57,880 nt of DNA. It comes from Prasinococcaceae sp. CCMP 1430. Its lineage: Eukaryota > Plantae > Prasinodermophyta. A program made the position numbers and the translations under genes. The notes under the pieces were generated by a model, which ran no database searches, was not told the origin of the DNA, and was given only the letters and a program-made list of their open reading frames with translations. Below, in pieces: positions 35,053 to 47,230 of this stretch. The stretch lies in the NCBI GenBank assembly GCA_013416795.1, contig RQSC01000006.1, positions 196,533-254,412 on the forward strand. Direction: 5' to 3'. Within the stretch, counting starts at the first letter, position 1. Each line of letters opens with the position of its first letter.

Positions 35053-35483
35053 CATGTGTGTGTGTGTGTGTGTGTGCTCCCGCGTGTGCGACCCTACGCA
35101 CCGTCCTCGTCCTCGCCGCCCGGCTCGGCGCGCACCGCCAGCGCCACCCCCGCCGGCACGCGCACGTAGTCGAAGGAGCCCTCGGCGCCGCGCTCCTCGC
35201 CGACGCCGTCCGCGAGCTCCTTGAAGTCGAGCACGCGCAAGTGCGGGTGCGTGCGCGTGTGCGTGTGTGTGTGTGTGTGTGTATGTGTGGAAGTGGATGC
35301 GGATGAATGCGTGTTTGGTAGTGTGAGTGTGTGCGCACATACAGCACGAACGCCCTCTATCAAGCACGTGCAGGTTACGAGCACATGCACGCAGCACTCA
35401 GCACACACACACACACACACAAGCACGCACGCACGCGCGCTCACACACAGACACACACACACACAGTGTGTGTGTATGTGTGT

Positions 35484-35521
<38 letters not shown>

Positions 35522-36101
35522 CACACACATGAACGCAAACACACACACAGACACACACACACATGTGCGCAAACACACACACACACGCACAGCACGTACC
35601 TCTGCGTCCGCGGCTGCGTGTGCCTCGGCGCCCGCCTCGGTGGCGAACAGCCCGCGGCCGTACGCGCCGCTGGCGAGCTCCGCGTTCGGCGCGGCGGCGT
35701 ATCGGCGGCGCTCGACCGCATGGCCGCTGCCTGCTGCCGCCGCCGCCCGGCGGCGCCTCATCTGACATGCCGCACGGCGCGCTCACGCAGGGCCAAAGGA
35801 AACCCCCCTCTCGGCGTCGTCCACCCGCCCTCCTCCCCAGACACGCACACCTTCCCTCCGGAGCCTGCTGCGCCCGGCGCCAGCCGCGCGCGGTGTGGCA
35901 CTCGCGCCTTCTTTGTGCGTTTTTCGCCAACACTGTCATGGAGATTCTCGTTGCACGGAAACGCGATGATTTTGATTTTGACTTTGATTTTGATTTTGAT
36001 TTTGATTTTGATTTTTGATTTTTTCGCGGGCGGGAGCAGCGGCGGCGAGCGCGGGCGTGTACGCGCGTGCTCACGCGCCGCGCAAGCGCGGAGGACGCCA
36101 T
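32002..36101 (-). CDS. SET-domain lysine methyltransferase, Rubisco LSMT/SETD3-like, about 12 exons
   Basis: [51 protein letters not shown] and terminal [12 protein letters not shown]...*. Typical motif order. Confidence 0.8.
35968..36024. repeat. (GATTTT)n hexanucleotide microsatellite
   Basis: About 9 near-perfect units in the first intron of the SET gene. Confidence 0.9.
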
Positions 36102-36569
36102 GGCGTTGGCTGCGCCGTGCCGGCGCGAGCGCGGCCGCGCACGGTGTGGCAGTGCGCATACACACACACACACACACAGAGACGCACACACACGCACACA
36201 CACGCATACACACGCGCACACGCACACACATACACGCACACGCACACGCACACACGCACACGCACACGCACACGCAAACGCACACACGCACTCGCAGGCT
36301 GGCTCACACACGCGCGCCACGCGCCACGCCTCCAAATATATCTTATCCGTTTATTGTGAACATAAGTTGACCTCAAAGTCAGAAATTGTGGTATTTGAAA
36401 TCTGCTGCAGCGTCAGGCTCCCTGCTCAGCGGATCGCGCGTGTGGGTGCGCCAGAGCGCGCGCTGCGTGCGTGCGCGTGCGTGCGCGTGCGTGTGCGCGT
36501 GTGCGTACACACGCGCTCGTGTGTGGGCGCATTCGCACCTCTGGGCGAGCGTCTGCGCGCCTGCCTGCC

Positions 36570-38856
36570 ATGGCTGCGATGCGCGCCGCCGCGCGCGCCC
36601 CGCGCGCGCGCGCACACACGCACACGCGCACGCGTACGCTCGCACGCACACGCGCGTCCGCGCGCACGCGTCGGAGCGCCCGACCTTCGCCGTCGTCGGC
36701 GCGGGCTGGGGCGGCCTCGGCGCCGCCAAGGCGCTCTGCGAGGCGCTCAACACCCTCCCCGGCAGCCCCGCCGCCGACGTCATCCTCCTCGACGGCATGC
36801 CCGACCCGACGGGCGCCACGCCCGACCTCACCCCGACGGGGAAGCCCTTCGAGGCCGGCACGAGGGGCTTCTGGAAGGTGAGACTGCGAGGCGCTCGTGC
36901 CGCGTGTGTGTGCGTGTGTGTGTGCGTCTGTGTGTGATCACGTGTGTGTAAGCGTGCGTGTGTGTGTGTGTGCGTGTGTGTGCGAATGCGTGCGTGTGTG
37001 TGTATACGTGTGTGTGTGTGTGTGTGCCATCGCGAGTGTGTATGTGCGTGTGCATCAATGTGTGCGCGTGCGTGTCATATTGCGTCCCTATCTACCTTGC
37101 CATCATCCGCCTACATACCTACCGCCCCGCTCACACGCGCCCCTCATCCGCCCCCTCCCACAGGACTACCCCAACATCAACGCGCTGGTGGCCGAGCTGG
37201 GCCTGAAGGAGTCGGAGGTCTTCACGCCGTTCACCGGCAGCGCGTTCTACTCCCCCGACGGCCTCGAGGCCACCGCGCCGGTGTTCGGCGACGCCGTGGA
37301 GCTGCCCAGCCCGCTGGGGCAGGTCTTCGCCACCTTCGAGAACTTCAAGAGGCTCCCCGTGAGCGACCGCGCCACCATGGCGGGCCTGCTCGCCGCCATC
37401 CTCGACCTGTACCGCGACGAGGCCACCTTCGAGGCGTACGACGCCATGACCGCCGCGGAGCTCTTCGAGCGCTGTGGCCTCTCCAAGCGCCTCGTGGACG
37501 AGTTCGTCGCGCCCACGCTGCGCGTGGGGCTCTTCAAGGACCCCTCGGAGCTCTCGGCGGCGGTGTCGATGGAGCTGCTGTACTACTACGCGCTGGCGCA
37601 CCAGACGGCCTTCGACGTGCGCTGGATCAAGTCGAGGACCATCGCCGAGAGCATCGTGGCGCCGCTGGCGGAGAGGCTCGTCGACAGGCACGCGCTCGAC
37701 GTGCGCGGCGGCTGCTTCGTGACGGGGGTCGAGCTCGACGAGGCGACCGGCCAGGCGAGCGCGCTCACATACGTCGACACCAGGGAGAAGGACGCCGACG
37801 GCAAGGCCGCCGAGAGGCGGATCGAGGGGCTGAGCGGCGTGGTGCTGGCGCTGGGCTCCAAGGGCATGCGCGCGGTGGTGGGCGGCAGCCCTGCGCTCGC
37901 CGCGGCCGCCCCCGAGCTCGCGCGCGCCGCCGAGCTGGGCGGCATCGACGTGGTGGCCGTGCGGCTGTGGCTCGACAGGTACGTGGACACGCTGGAGCCC
38001 GCCAACGTCTTCAGCCGCTTCGAGGGCCTGTGCGGCGCGGGCGGCACCTTCTTCATGCTCGACCAGCTGCAGAAGGACAGCGAGGAGCTGCTGTGGGGGG
38101 GGGAGGGCGAGGCGCCGCAGGGCTCGGTCCTGGCGTGCGACTTCTACGGCGCCGACAGGCTCATGGCGGAGCTCGACGACGAAGGCATCGTGGAGCTGCT
38201 GCTCAAGGAGCTGCTGCCCGCGGCGGTGCCCGCGTTCGAGGGGGCCAGCGCGGTGGACGCGCACGTGCGGCGCTACCCGGGCGCCGTGTCGTGGTTCTCG
38301 CCGGGGTCGTACGCCAAGCGGCCGCCGCTGCGCACCGCCGTGGGCAACGTGGTGTGCGCGGGCGACTGGGTGCGCATGGGAGAGCGCGAGCACGGCGCCA
38401 AGGGGCTCTGCCAGGTGAGGGGTTTTGCGCTTGCGTGTTGCTTGGGTGTGTGTGTGTGTATGTGTGTGTGCGCGCGTGTCTTGTGTGTACTCGATCGCAC
38501 AAGCGCATACATGCACACACGCGCGCGTGCACGTCCACTGAGGCTCACGCGTGTGTGAGTGTGCACTTGCGGCATTGTACGCCATCGCTGACGTCTCGCC
38601 TGACCTCTCGCTCGCACACACACACACCACCCGCACGCGTTCTAACTCGTAGGAGCGTGCGTACGTGTGCGGCATCGAGGCTGCCAACGCGCTGCTTCGC
38701 TCGTGTGCGGCGGGGCCCGCGGGGCTGCGCGCGGCGCCCCACGCCGTGCTGCCCGTGCGCGACGACGAGCCGCAGGTGGTGCTCGGCAGGCAGCTCAACA
38801 AGGCGCTCGCAGAGGCGGTCGCGCCGCTGGGGATCAAGCCGCCGTGGCTGGCGTAA
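36570..38856 (+). CDS. FAD-dependent oxidoreductase, amine-oxidase / phytoene- and zeta-carotene-desaturase superfamily, 3+ exons
   Basis: Rossmann motif AVVGAGWGGLGAA, EAGTRGFWK|DYPNI, LPSPLG, YYYALAHQTAFDVRW, VVCAGDWV and GLCQ|ERAYVCGIEAAN. Confidence 0.85.
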
Positions 38857-38970
38857 CGCGCGCTCGCGTGTGCTGGGATGCTGCGATGCGGCAGGGGCTC
38901 AGCGGCGACAACATTGAAGGCAAGAACTTATGGGTGTCCCTCTCGGTGTCTGCTATCGGCTCAGAAGTCT

Positions 38971-39630
38971 CTAGTGCTGCTTGCGCTTGCCCAAGATCTT
39001 GAGTTGAATATCCAGCATCCCATGAGCCTTGTTGTGCTCGAGCGCCTCGGCAAGCAGTTTTGCGCCCTCTGCGCCTGTCGAGTCGCAACTCAGATTCAGC
39101 GACGTAAGCGTGTCGTGGCGCTCGAGCTCCTCCGCCAGCCGCTTGGTGTCCCCGCTGCCGATCAACTTACCTACCTGGCGCAGCTTGTTGCGGTTGAGCG
39201 CCTCCTCCAGTCGCTTTGTATACTCGTCGCCGATCGAGTTATAGCTCAGATCCAGCTCCGTGAGCGTGTTATTTCGCTCCAGCGCCTCGGCCAACCGCTT
39301 GGCGCCCTCGTCGCCGACTGGGTTATAGCTCAGATCCAGTACCGTGAGTGTGTTGTTTCGCTCCAGCGCCTCGGCCAACCGTTTGGCGCCCTCGTCGTCG
39401 ATCGAGTTGAAGCTCAGATCCAGTGCCGTGAGTGTGTGGCTGCACTTGAGCGACTCAGCCAGCCATTTGGCGCCATCGGCATTGATCGATTCACTGGTGA
39501 GAGACAGGTCCGTGATTGTTCCGTGGTGCCCGAGCGACTTGACGAGCCACGCCGCACCCTTGTCGTCGCCGGCCGACCTCGTCGCCAGATCCTCCCACGC
39601 CTCCCCCTCTTCGTCCGCCGAGGCGTTCAT
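38971..39630 (-). CDS. Ribonuclease-inhibitor/NLRC3-type LRR protein, 219 aa, intronless
   Basis: 28-aa repeats TLTxLDLSYNxIGDEGAKRLAEALERNN. Confidence 0.8.
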   Translation of the reverse strand: MNASADEEGEAWEDLATRSAGDDKGAAWLVKSLGHHGTITDLSLTSESINADGAKWLAESLKCSHTLTALDLSFNSIDDEGAKRLAEALERNNTLTVLDLSYNPVGDEGAKRLAEALERNNTLTELDLSYNSIGDEYTKRLEEALNRNKLRQVGKLIGSGDTKRLAEELERHDTLTSLNLSCDSTGAEGAKLLAEALEHNKAHGMLDIQLKILGKRKQH

Positions 39631-40024
39631 CGCTTCTACACGAGGCTGTGCCGCACGCAGCACGACGGGCGCGCCCCTCAGGCCGCCAATCCAGCCAGGC
39701 AGTCACTGATGCTCCCCTCAGGCGCACCGCTCGCCAAAAAAACGCGCACGTGTGCCCGCGCGCCACAGAAAAGCGCACACGCGCGCACGCGCACACACGT
39801 GCACGCCCACGCGCCAGTCCCTGCACTCGCGCTCGCCAGCCCAGCCGACGCCGGGCGACCACACCCCGCCCTCCCCCCCTTCCTCGACCCCTCACCCCCC
39901 CCGCGCACCCCGCGCGTGCCTGCGTGCGCGCCGCGCCCGCACACTGGCACCCCGCTGGCGGAAAAAAACCTTGTTGCGCGCCGCTGGGTGTCGGGTTTAG
40001 CACGCGCACGCACACACACACACA

Positions 40025-40064
<40 letters not shown>

Positions 40065-40107
40065 CAGTACGCCACACATCGCGCTCTGCGGGGCTCGCGC
40101 ACACGCC

Positions 40108-41888
40108 ATGGCGGCGGTGGCAGCGCCCTCGACAGGTGGCTACGCACATGTAGGCGCTCGCCCGCGCGCGCGCACGCACGCAAACGCGCGCGCGCGGACG
40201 AGCGCCTACACGCACGCACACGCGGAGGAGCGCGACAGCAGCGCGGCAGATGGCAACGCCGCCTCCCCAACCCACGACTCCGCCGCGTTCTACCGCCGCA
40301 ACCCCGAGCTCCCCCGCCGCGGCGTCTTCTCCGGCGGCACGGTCTTCCTCGACGCGGCCAACTGCGGCGTGGCGGGCGACATGCTGCTCGCGGCGCTGCT
40401 CGACTGCGGCGCGCCGCTGCGCGTCGTCGAGGCGGCGCTCGCCGCCACGCCGCTGCGGAAAGAGGGCGTGCGCGTGGAGTGCGCGCGGTCCCTCGCGCAG
40501 TCGGGGGTGGATGCCGCGAGGGTCATCGTGCGCGTAGGGAAGGAGGCGGAAGGAGAGGTGCGTGCGTGTGCGCGCGCGCATGCAGACAGGGAGGGGCGGA
40601 CATGCGTGCGCACGTGCTGACGCACAAGCGCGGACAATCACACACACGCATGCGCACACACACACACACAGAACGCGGGCGCGGCAAGCGCATCTCCGCC
40701 CGAGCGCGACTACGCGGCCATCCGCGCGATGCTCGATGCCGTGCCCGTCCTCGAGGACGCCGACTTGGACGACCTCGACGACGTCGACGGTGCTGACGTC
40801 GACGTGGTGGACATGGTGGACTTCATCGGCGACCTCGACGCGCACGCACACACGCACGGGCACACACACGGGCACGAAGATGTGCACGCACACGCGCACA
40901 CGCACACGCACGCGGAGGGACACATCCACACACACACGCATACACATACACACACGCACGCAGACTCACGCACACACGCACGCGCGGACACGTACGCGCG
41001 CACACGCGCGCGCCGCGGCGGCCGCGCGGGCATGACCGCCGGCGCGCTGGCCCTCGCGCGCGGCGCCTTCGCGCGGCTGGCGCGGGCCGAGGCGCGCGTG
41101 CACGGCATCGCCGACGCGGACGAGGTGCGTCTTAGCTTACACAAACTCTCTCTCTCACACACGCTCACACGCATCTGAAGCATTTGCTGATACGCACACC
41201 ATTCACACACACTCGCACACACGAACATGCGATACGCACAGGTGCGCTTCCACGAGGTCGGGTGCGCGGACTCCATCGCCGACGTGCTGGGCGCGGCGGC
41301 GGCGCTCGACTACCTCGGCGCGACGCACGTCGTGCCGTCGCCGCTGCCAGTGGGAAGGCGGCCCATACTCGGTGCGTGCGCGTACGCGTGTGTGTGTTCG
41401 TGTACGGACACGCACGCGCACGCACACACACACTGATGGCCAAACACGTGTCGGCGCGCTGACACGCGCTGGTGCACACACACACGCACAAACGCAGGCG
41501 CCGCCCACGGTCCGCTGCCCAACCCTCCCCCGGCCACCCTGGCGCTGCTCGCCGAGGCGGGCCTGCCGACGTTCTCCGCGGGGGGCGTTGAGGTGCGTGC
41601 GTGAGTGCGTGCGTGAGTGTGCGTGCATGTGTGTGTGAGGTGAGCGCGCGCGTGCGTGCATGCGCTCGCCAGCTGACCATCGCGGACGCACATGCTCTCA
41701 AGGTTGGCGAGCTCGTCACGCCCACCGGCGCGTGCCTCGTCGCCGAGGCCGCCACGGAGCGCGCGGCGGCGTGGCCTGCGGGGGGATTCGTCGCCGAGCG
41801 CGTCGGCTACGGCGCGGGCTCGCGGAGGGTGGCAGGGCGCGCCAACCTCTTCGCGGTGGTCGTTGGGAGGCGCGTGGGAGGCGTCTGA
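40108..41888 (+). CDS. larC: LarC / DUF111 nickel-pincer cofactor nickel-insertion protein, N-terminal (LarC1-like) part, 5 exons
   Basis: [74 protein letters not shown] and GYGAG...[10 protein letters not shown] reproduce the LarC motifs (GISGDMxLGALxD, AEAKVHG, HFHEVGAxDSIxDI, HGxxPVPAPATxxL, ELxTPTGA, GYGAG, PNVLR) in order. Four phase-consistent GT-AG introns. Confidence 0.92.
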
Positions 41889-42136
41889 GTGAATGCGTGT
41901 GTTGGTGTGCATCTGTACGTTTGTGCATCCGGGCACATGTATACACACACGCGCACGCGCGTTCTGCGTCTCCTTCGTGCATGACGCGCCGTGCGTTACC
42001 TCTACTTAGCGCAAGCGCGCGCGCGTCTGCGCGCGTGTGCGTGTTGATGCGCACGCGAGTGTGTCCGCACGTGTGTACGTGTACGTGTGTGTGTGTGTTT
42101 TGGTACACACGCACACACGCACGCAAGCAACCACAC

Positions 42137-45100
42137 TCAAGCCGCCTTGTTGGCCCACAGGAAGACTCCCCCCTCGGCGCCCACGCTGACGATGGTCTGC
42201 TGGTCGGGGGAGATCCTCACGCGCTGCACGGCGCCCGAGTGGCCCTCGCCCACAGCCTTGGGCACGCCCTCGTCGTAGCCGTACAGCCTGCGTGTGTGTG
42301 TGTCAATGTGTGTGTGAATGCGTGTGTGCGTGCGTCAGATGTGCATGTGCACGCATGAGTCTGCGCACAAGAGCGCTCGCGTGCGCCTGCGTCCGCGTTG
42401 GCCGCGCCCCACGCACTTGACCAGCCTGTCTGAGCCCGCGCACACGAAGCTCTCGCCGTCGGCGGACACCGCGAGGGCGTTCACCGCGGCTTCCTCTGAT
42501 CCGTCGACGATGCGGATGGCCTGCGTGGGACACGTGCGCGCGTGCGAGCGTCAGATGTGCGTGCGCATGCGCGAGTCAGGGCAAGCGTGCGCGTGCGCGC
42601 GTGTGCATGTCTACCTGCTCCACGTACCTGCCCGTCGAAGGCGTCCCAGTAGGTGACCTTGCGGTCGGCGCCCGTGGTGAGCAGCTGCGACTCGTCGGGG
42701 TGGTAGGCAATCTCGGTGAAATTGGTGCTCGCGAGTAGGCTGGTGTTGCGCCTGAGGCACCGTGTATCCCGCGTGTGAGTGAGTGCGCGCGTGTGCGCGT
42801 ATGTTTGTGCGAGGGTATGCGCGTGCGTCAGATGCGCGCGCGTCCTACGTGCGCGTGCACATGCGTGTGTGCGCAGGAGAGCGCTTTGGGGAAGCGCGGG
42901 CGTGCTCGCGCGCCTGACGCACCTCAGGCGCCCCATGTCCCACACGATGCAGCTGCCGTCGCTGCTCGCCGAGGCGAACTCGCTCCCCGACGGCCTCACG
43001 ACGATGCTGGTGACGCGCGCCTTGTGCTCCCTCATCGACGCCACCATCGAGCGGCTCTGCGGGCCTATGCGCCATACGCGCACGAGGCCCTCGCCGCCCC
43101 CCGACAGCACGCGCGCGCAGTCGGACGTCGTGGCGAGCGCCGTCACGCCGCCCGAGTGGGCGTCGTGCACCTTGTGCGTACGCGCGTGCGCGCGCGCGTA
43201 TGTGTGGGCACGCGTGTGTGTACGCGCGTCAGACGCGCGGGCGCAAGTGTGTGTATGCGCAGAAAGGTGTAGGCGTTCGTCCGTGTGCGTGGCGTACGCG
43301 CGCGCGCAACGTGCACCTCCGCAGAGCGCGCGCGTGTGTGTGCGTGCCGTGCCTGCGCGTACCTCGTACAGCAGCTTGCCCGTCTGTGGGCCGTAGGCGC
43401 GGATCTTGCCGTCCGACCAGCCGCTGAGGATGCTCCCGCCGTCGGGCATGAACGTCACGCAGAGGCACTCGGCGCCGGCCACACGCACGCGCAGCAGCTC
43501 GCGAAGCTCGCGTGCGTGCCACACGCGCACCTGTATATGTGTGTGTGTGATGCGTCAGATGTGTGCGCGTACGTGCGTGTCTGCGCAGAAGGGGCGCGCG
43601 CGCGCGTGTGCTCTCGCCCCACGCACCTCCTCGCCCGCGCACGTGGCGAAGACCTCCGAGAACCCCGCGGGGAACGCCGCGTCGTTCACGCGCGCGAAGT
43701 GGCACGTCTGCAGCAGCTCCGCGCCGAGGCCCGCCGCGGCGGTGTACGACACCACGTACACGGCGCACTTTGACGTGCCCACCAAGAACGTGAAGGCGTC
43801 GTCCCCCGACATCGATAAGGGCACCATCGATGTGACGCGCTCCTCGCTCGCCTGGTGTGTGTGTATTTGTATGTGGTGTGTGTGTGTGTGTGTGTGTATG
43901 CAAGAGGGCGCGCAGACGTGTAAGTGCACGTCTCCGATATCATATCCACTGCTACGGTATCTCCGTGGTGCATGAGTCGTCGATGGCGATCAGACCCACG
44001 CTCACACACACACGTGCGCACGCGGTGCGCACCTTGTTGAGCTTGCACTGGCACCTGACGGAGAGCGTCGTCGGGTCCATCAGCGCCACCACGCCGTCGC
44101 CCGTGCCGACGAGGAGCTCGCCGGTGGGCGCGAGCGCGGTGCACTCGACGCCCTACGACATGCGTGTGTTCGTGTGTGCGTGTGTTCGTGTGTTCGTGTG
44201 TGTGTGCGTGTGCAGGAGAGAGGGCAATACAGCGCGTGCGCATGCGCGTGCGTGTGTGCCAGTGCGCGCGTACGTGTGAGCGGGCGAGTGCGGACGCGCG
44301 TGTGCGTGCACGCGCGTGTGCGTGTGTACAGATTCGTGTGCACACGCGTGAACGTGCGTGTATGCGCGAGCACACACGCGCACCTTTGAGAAGGGCCTCC
44401 TCGGCCCCGCCGCCTTGAAGAGCGCCGTGCGCAGCGACACCTTGAGCACGTCGCCCGACACCGAGCCAAAGTAGGCGTACTCGTCGTCCGCGGAGAGCGC
44501 CACGGACTTGCACTCGCGCACGCACTGGCCCATTTTGCACTCGCGCATCTGCGTGCGCGCGGACAACACGCACACGCGCGAGCGCGAGCGCGCACGCGCG
44601 CGCGCGCACGTTGTATGTGTGTCAGCGTGGCGAGGGAGTGCGATTGATCGACGGATCGGAGCAGGTAGTTATGCTCGCACACGAACAGGCGCGCACACCC
44701 AACACACACACACACTCAACACACACGCACCTTCAGCTTGCGGTTCTGCGGGTCGAAGTCCCACGTGGCGAGGTTGTCCTTCCCCGCGGTGACGAGCCTG
44801 TGCGGGTCGTTGTTCAGGAACTTGACGCTGGTGGTGAGCTCGCGCGAGGTGGGCGAGCCGCACACGGGCGTGCCGGACTCCACCTCCCACACGACGAGGC
44901 TCTTGTCGTCCTGGCCGCCCAGCGACGCCAGGTAGCGCTCGTCGCAGCTGAACGAGAGGGACTGCACGCGCACCTTGTGGAGCGCCAGGCGGTGCAGGAG
45001 GGAGCGGCTGCGGAGGTCCCACACGATGACGTCCGCGGCGAAGCCCATGTGCGTCACCTGGTCGAGGTTGGTGCGCGCGAGCACGTCAGCGTCGGCAGGG

Positions 45101-45497
45101 TGTGGTCGTGTCTGTGCGTGTGTGTGTGTGTGGGGGGGGGGGGGGTCGCATGCCCGCGCATGCACACAATACACGCACACACACTGACACACACACATGC
45201 GCACACGCGCACACATACGCATACGCAACTGCGCGAACACACACGCGCACGCACGCTCACACACACCTGCCCTGTTGCGAGGAACCTCCCCGATGGCGAG
45301 ATGGCGAGGCAGGAGACGTCGTCCCCGTGCCCTCTGAGGAACTCCTGCGGCCCGTCGCCGGCGAGCGTCGCGAGCACGATCGTGCTGCCGAGCGGGTACA
45401 CGAGCGCGGCGGAGGCGGCGTCGAGGACGAGGCCCTCGCGCACGCCGCCGCCGAAGCCGATGACGCCGCGGAGCTCGAGCGCCGCCGCATCGGCCAT
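42137..45497 (-). CDS. CFAP52: WD40 cilia- and flagella-associated protein 52 (WDR16), about 10 exons
   Basis: LELRGVIGFGG, VYPLGSTIV, FLRGH, LATGQ|VTHMGFAADVIVWD, LASLGGQDDKSLVVW, YHPDESQLLTTGADRKVTYWD and GHSGAV...ISPDQQTIVSVGAEGGVFLW. Confidence 0.93.
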
Positions 45498-47032
45498 GGC
45501 TGCGACGCGCGCGCGTGTATGAGTGCGTGTGTGTGTGTTTGTGTGTGTGTCTGTGTGTTTGCGTGTGGGCAATTAGGGGCGGCGCGCGCGCGCGCGCCGG
45601 TGTGGCGCGAAGAGCGTACACCCACACCCACACCCACACCCACACGCACACGCACGCACACGCACGCGGGCACACACACACACGCCCCTACACACACGCA
45701 CGCGCTCAGACGCGCACCCGCGCACGCGCGCGCGCGCTCCTGCGATTCGCCGCGGTCGACGAGGTCGACCCCCCTGCGGTCGTCGGCGCCCGCGCGCCGT
45801 TTCCGGCGCGCGTGTACACACACGCGCACGCGCGCGCACACACGCACCTGCGCGCATCACACACGCGCCGCGCAGCCCAGGCGCACACCCGGGACGCCGC
45901 ACTCCTGCTCGCGTGCGGGCTCGCGCGCGCGCACGCCTGCCTATGTGTGTGTCGGTGTGTGCGTGCCTGCGCGTGTGTGTGTACGTGTACGTGTGTATGT
46001 GTGTGGCCGTTGATGTGTGTGTGTGTGTAGGGCGGTTCCCCGATGCGGCACGCCGCGCCGCGCGGGGCTGCGCGCCGCGCGCACCCACTTTCGTATATTC
46101 ACCATGGTAAGATGAATCGTAATAAATCTGTAATACACGTAATGAAATTGGGCGCTCGAGTTTGCGGGGAAAAGCGCGCGTGTGTGTGCGCGTGTGTGCG
46201 CGTGTTTGTGCGCGTGTGTGTGCGGGTGTGTGCGCGTGTGTGTGCGCGTGTGTGTGTGCAGGCGGTTGGGTCCGCGCGAGGGTCTACGCGTGCGGACTTG
46301 ACCGGAGAGCGCGCGCTGCGCGACCGGCCGGCTGGTGTGTGGACGTGCGCGTCCGTGCGTTAGCGGCGTTCATGCGTGCGTGCGTGCGTGTGAGCGCGCG
46401 TGTGATGACGAGCGCGCGTGTGAGCGCGCGCGTGTGCGCGCGTGAACGCGTGTGTGTGCGCGTGAGCGCCTGGGCGCGTGCGCGTGCGCGCGCGCCAATC
46501 CCGCGCCGCTCAACGGCCAGGATACGCGCTCCACGGGTGCAGCCGACGCGCGACCGACGAGCGCCTCCCTCGCCACGCGGGCGCCTCGCGCGCGCGCGGC
46601 CATCGCTGCTCCCGCCCCTCCCGTCAGGGGGGAGGGGGGGGGGGGGGGGGGGGGGGAGGGGGATCGCGTGCGCTGTGGCGCCGCTGCAAACCTGCTGCGA
46701 ACAGCGGCTCGCGGCGCAGGTTCAGGTTCTGAACGATTTTTTGGTATCGATGCATAAAGGGTTTACATCCTTCGAGCAAATTGCGCAAATCGACCTTTCA
46801 CTCGGGGGTAATTATTCGCGAGCGCCAAAGATCCCGAATACGCGCGGGGCGCCGCGGCTCAGACCCGGTGCGCCAAGCCCTGCCCGGGTGTGCCGGAATC
46901 GAGGGCGATCGGCGCGGCGGGAGTTCGAAACGCGATCGAATTCGCAGGTGCGCGCGCCCGCCACAGCGCGCGCGCGCTGCAGGAGGGGTGGGTGGGGTGG
47001 GGTGGTGGTGGTGGCGGTGCGTGTGTGTGTGT

Positions 47033-47189
47033 GTCGGACGCCGCGCGCGAGCGCTTCGCGCGCAAGGTCGAGGCCGAGGAGCTGCGGCGCGCCTTCGACC
47101 GGCTCGACGTCAAGGGGGACGGGAAGGTCGACGCGGAGGAGCTCAGCCAGGTGCGCGCGCACGCGCATCTCCCTGTGTGTGTGTGCGTG

Positions 47190-47230
<41 letters not shown>

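Noticed and set aside
26757-38856. Metabolic gene cluster (DGAT1, sulfotransferase, SET, desaturase-like)
   Set aside because: The functions are unrelated and housekeeping-like; nothing in the sequence supports a shared pathway.
40108-41888. Bacterial contamination as the source of larC
   Set aside because: It has four spliceosomal introns in the host style and is contiguous with CFAP52.
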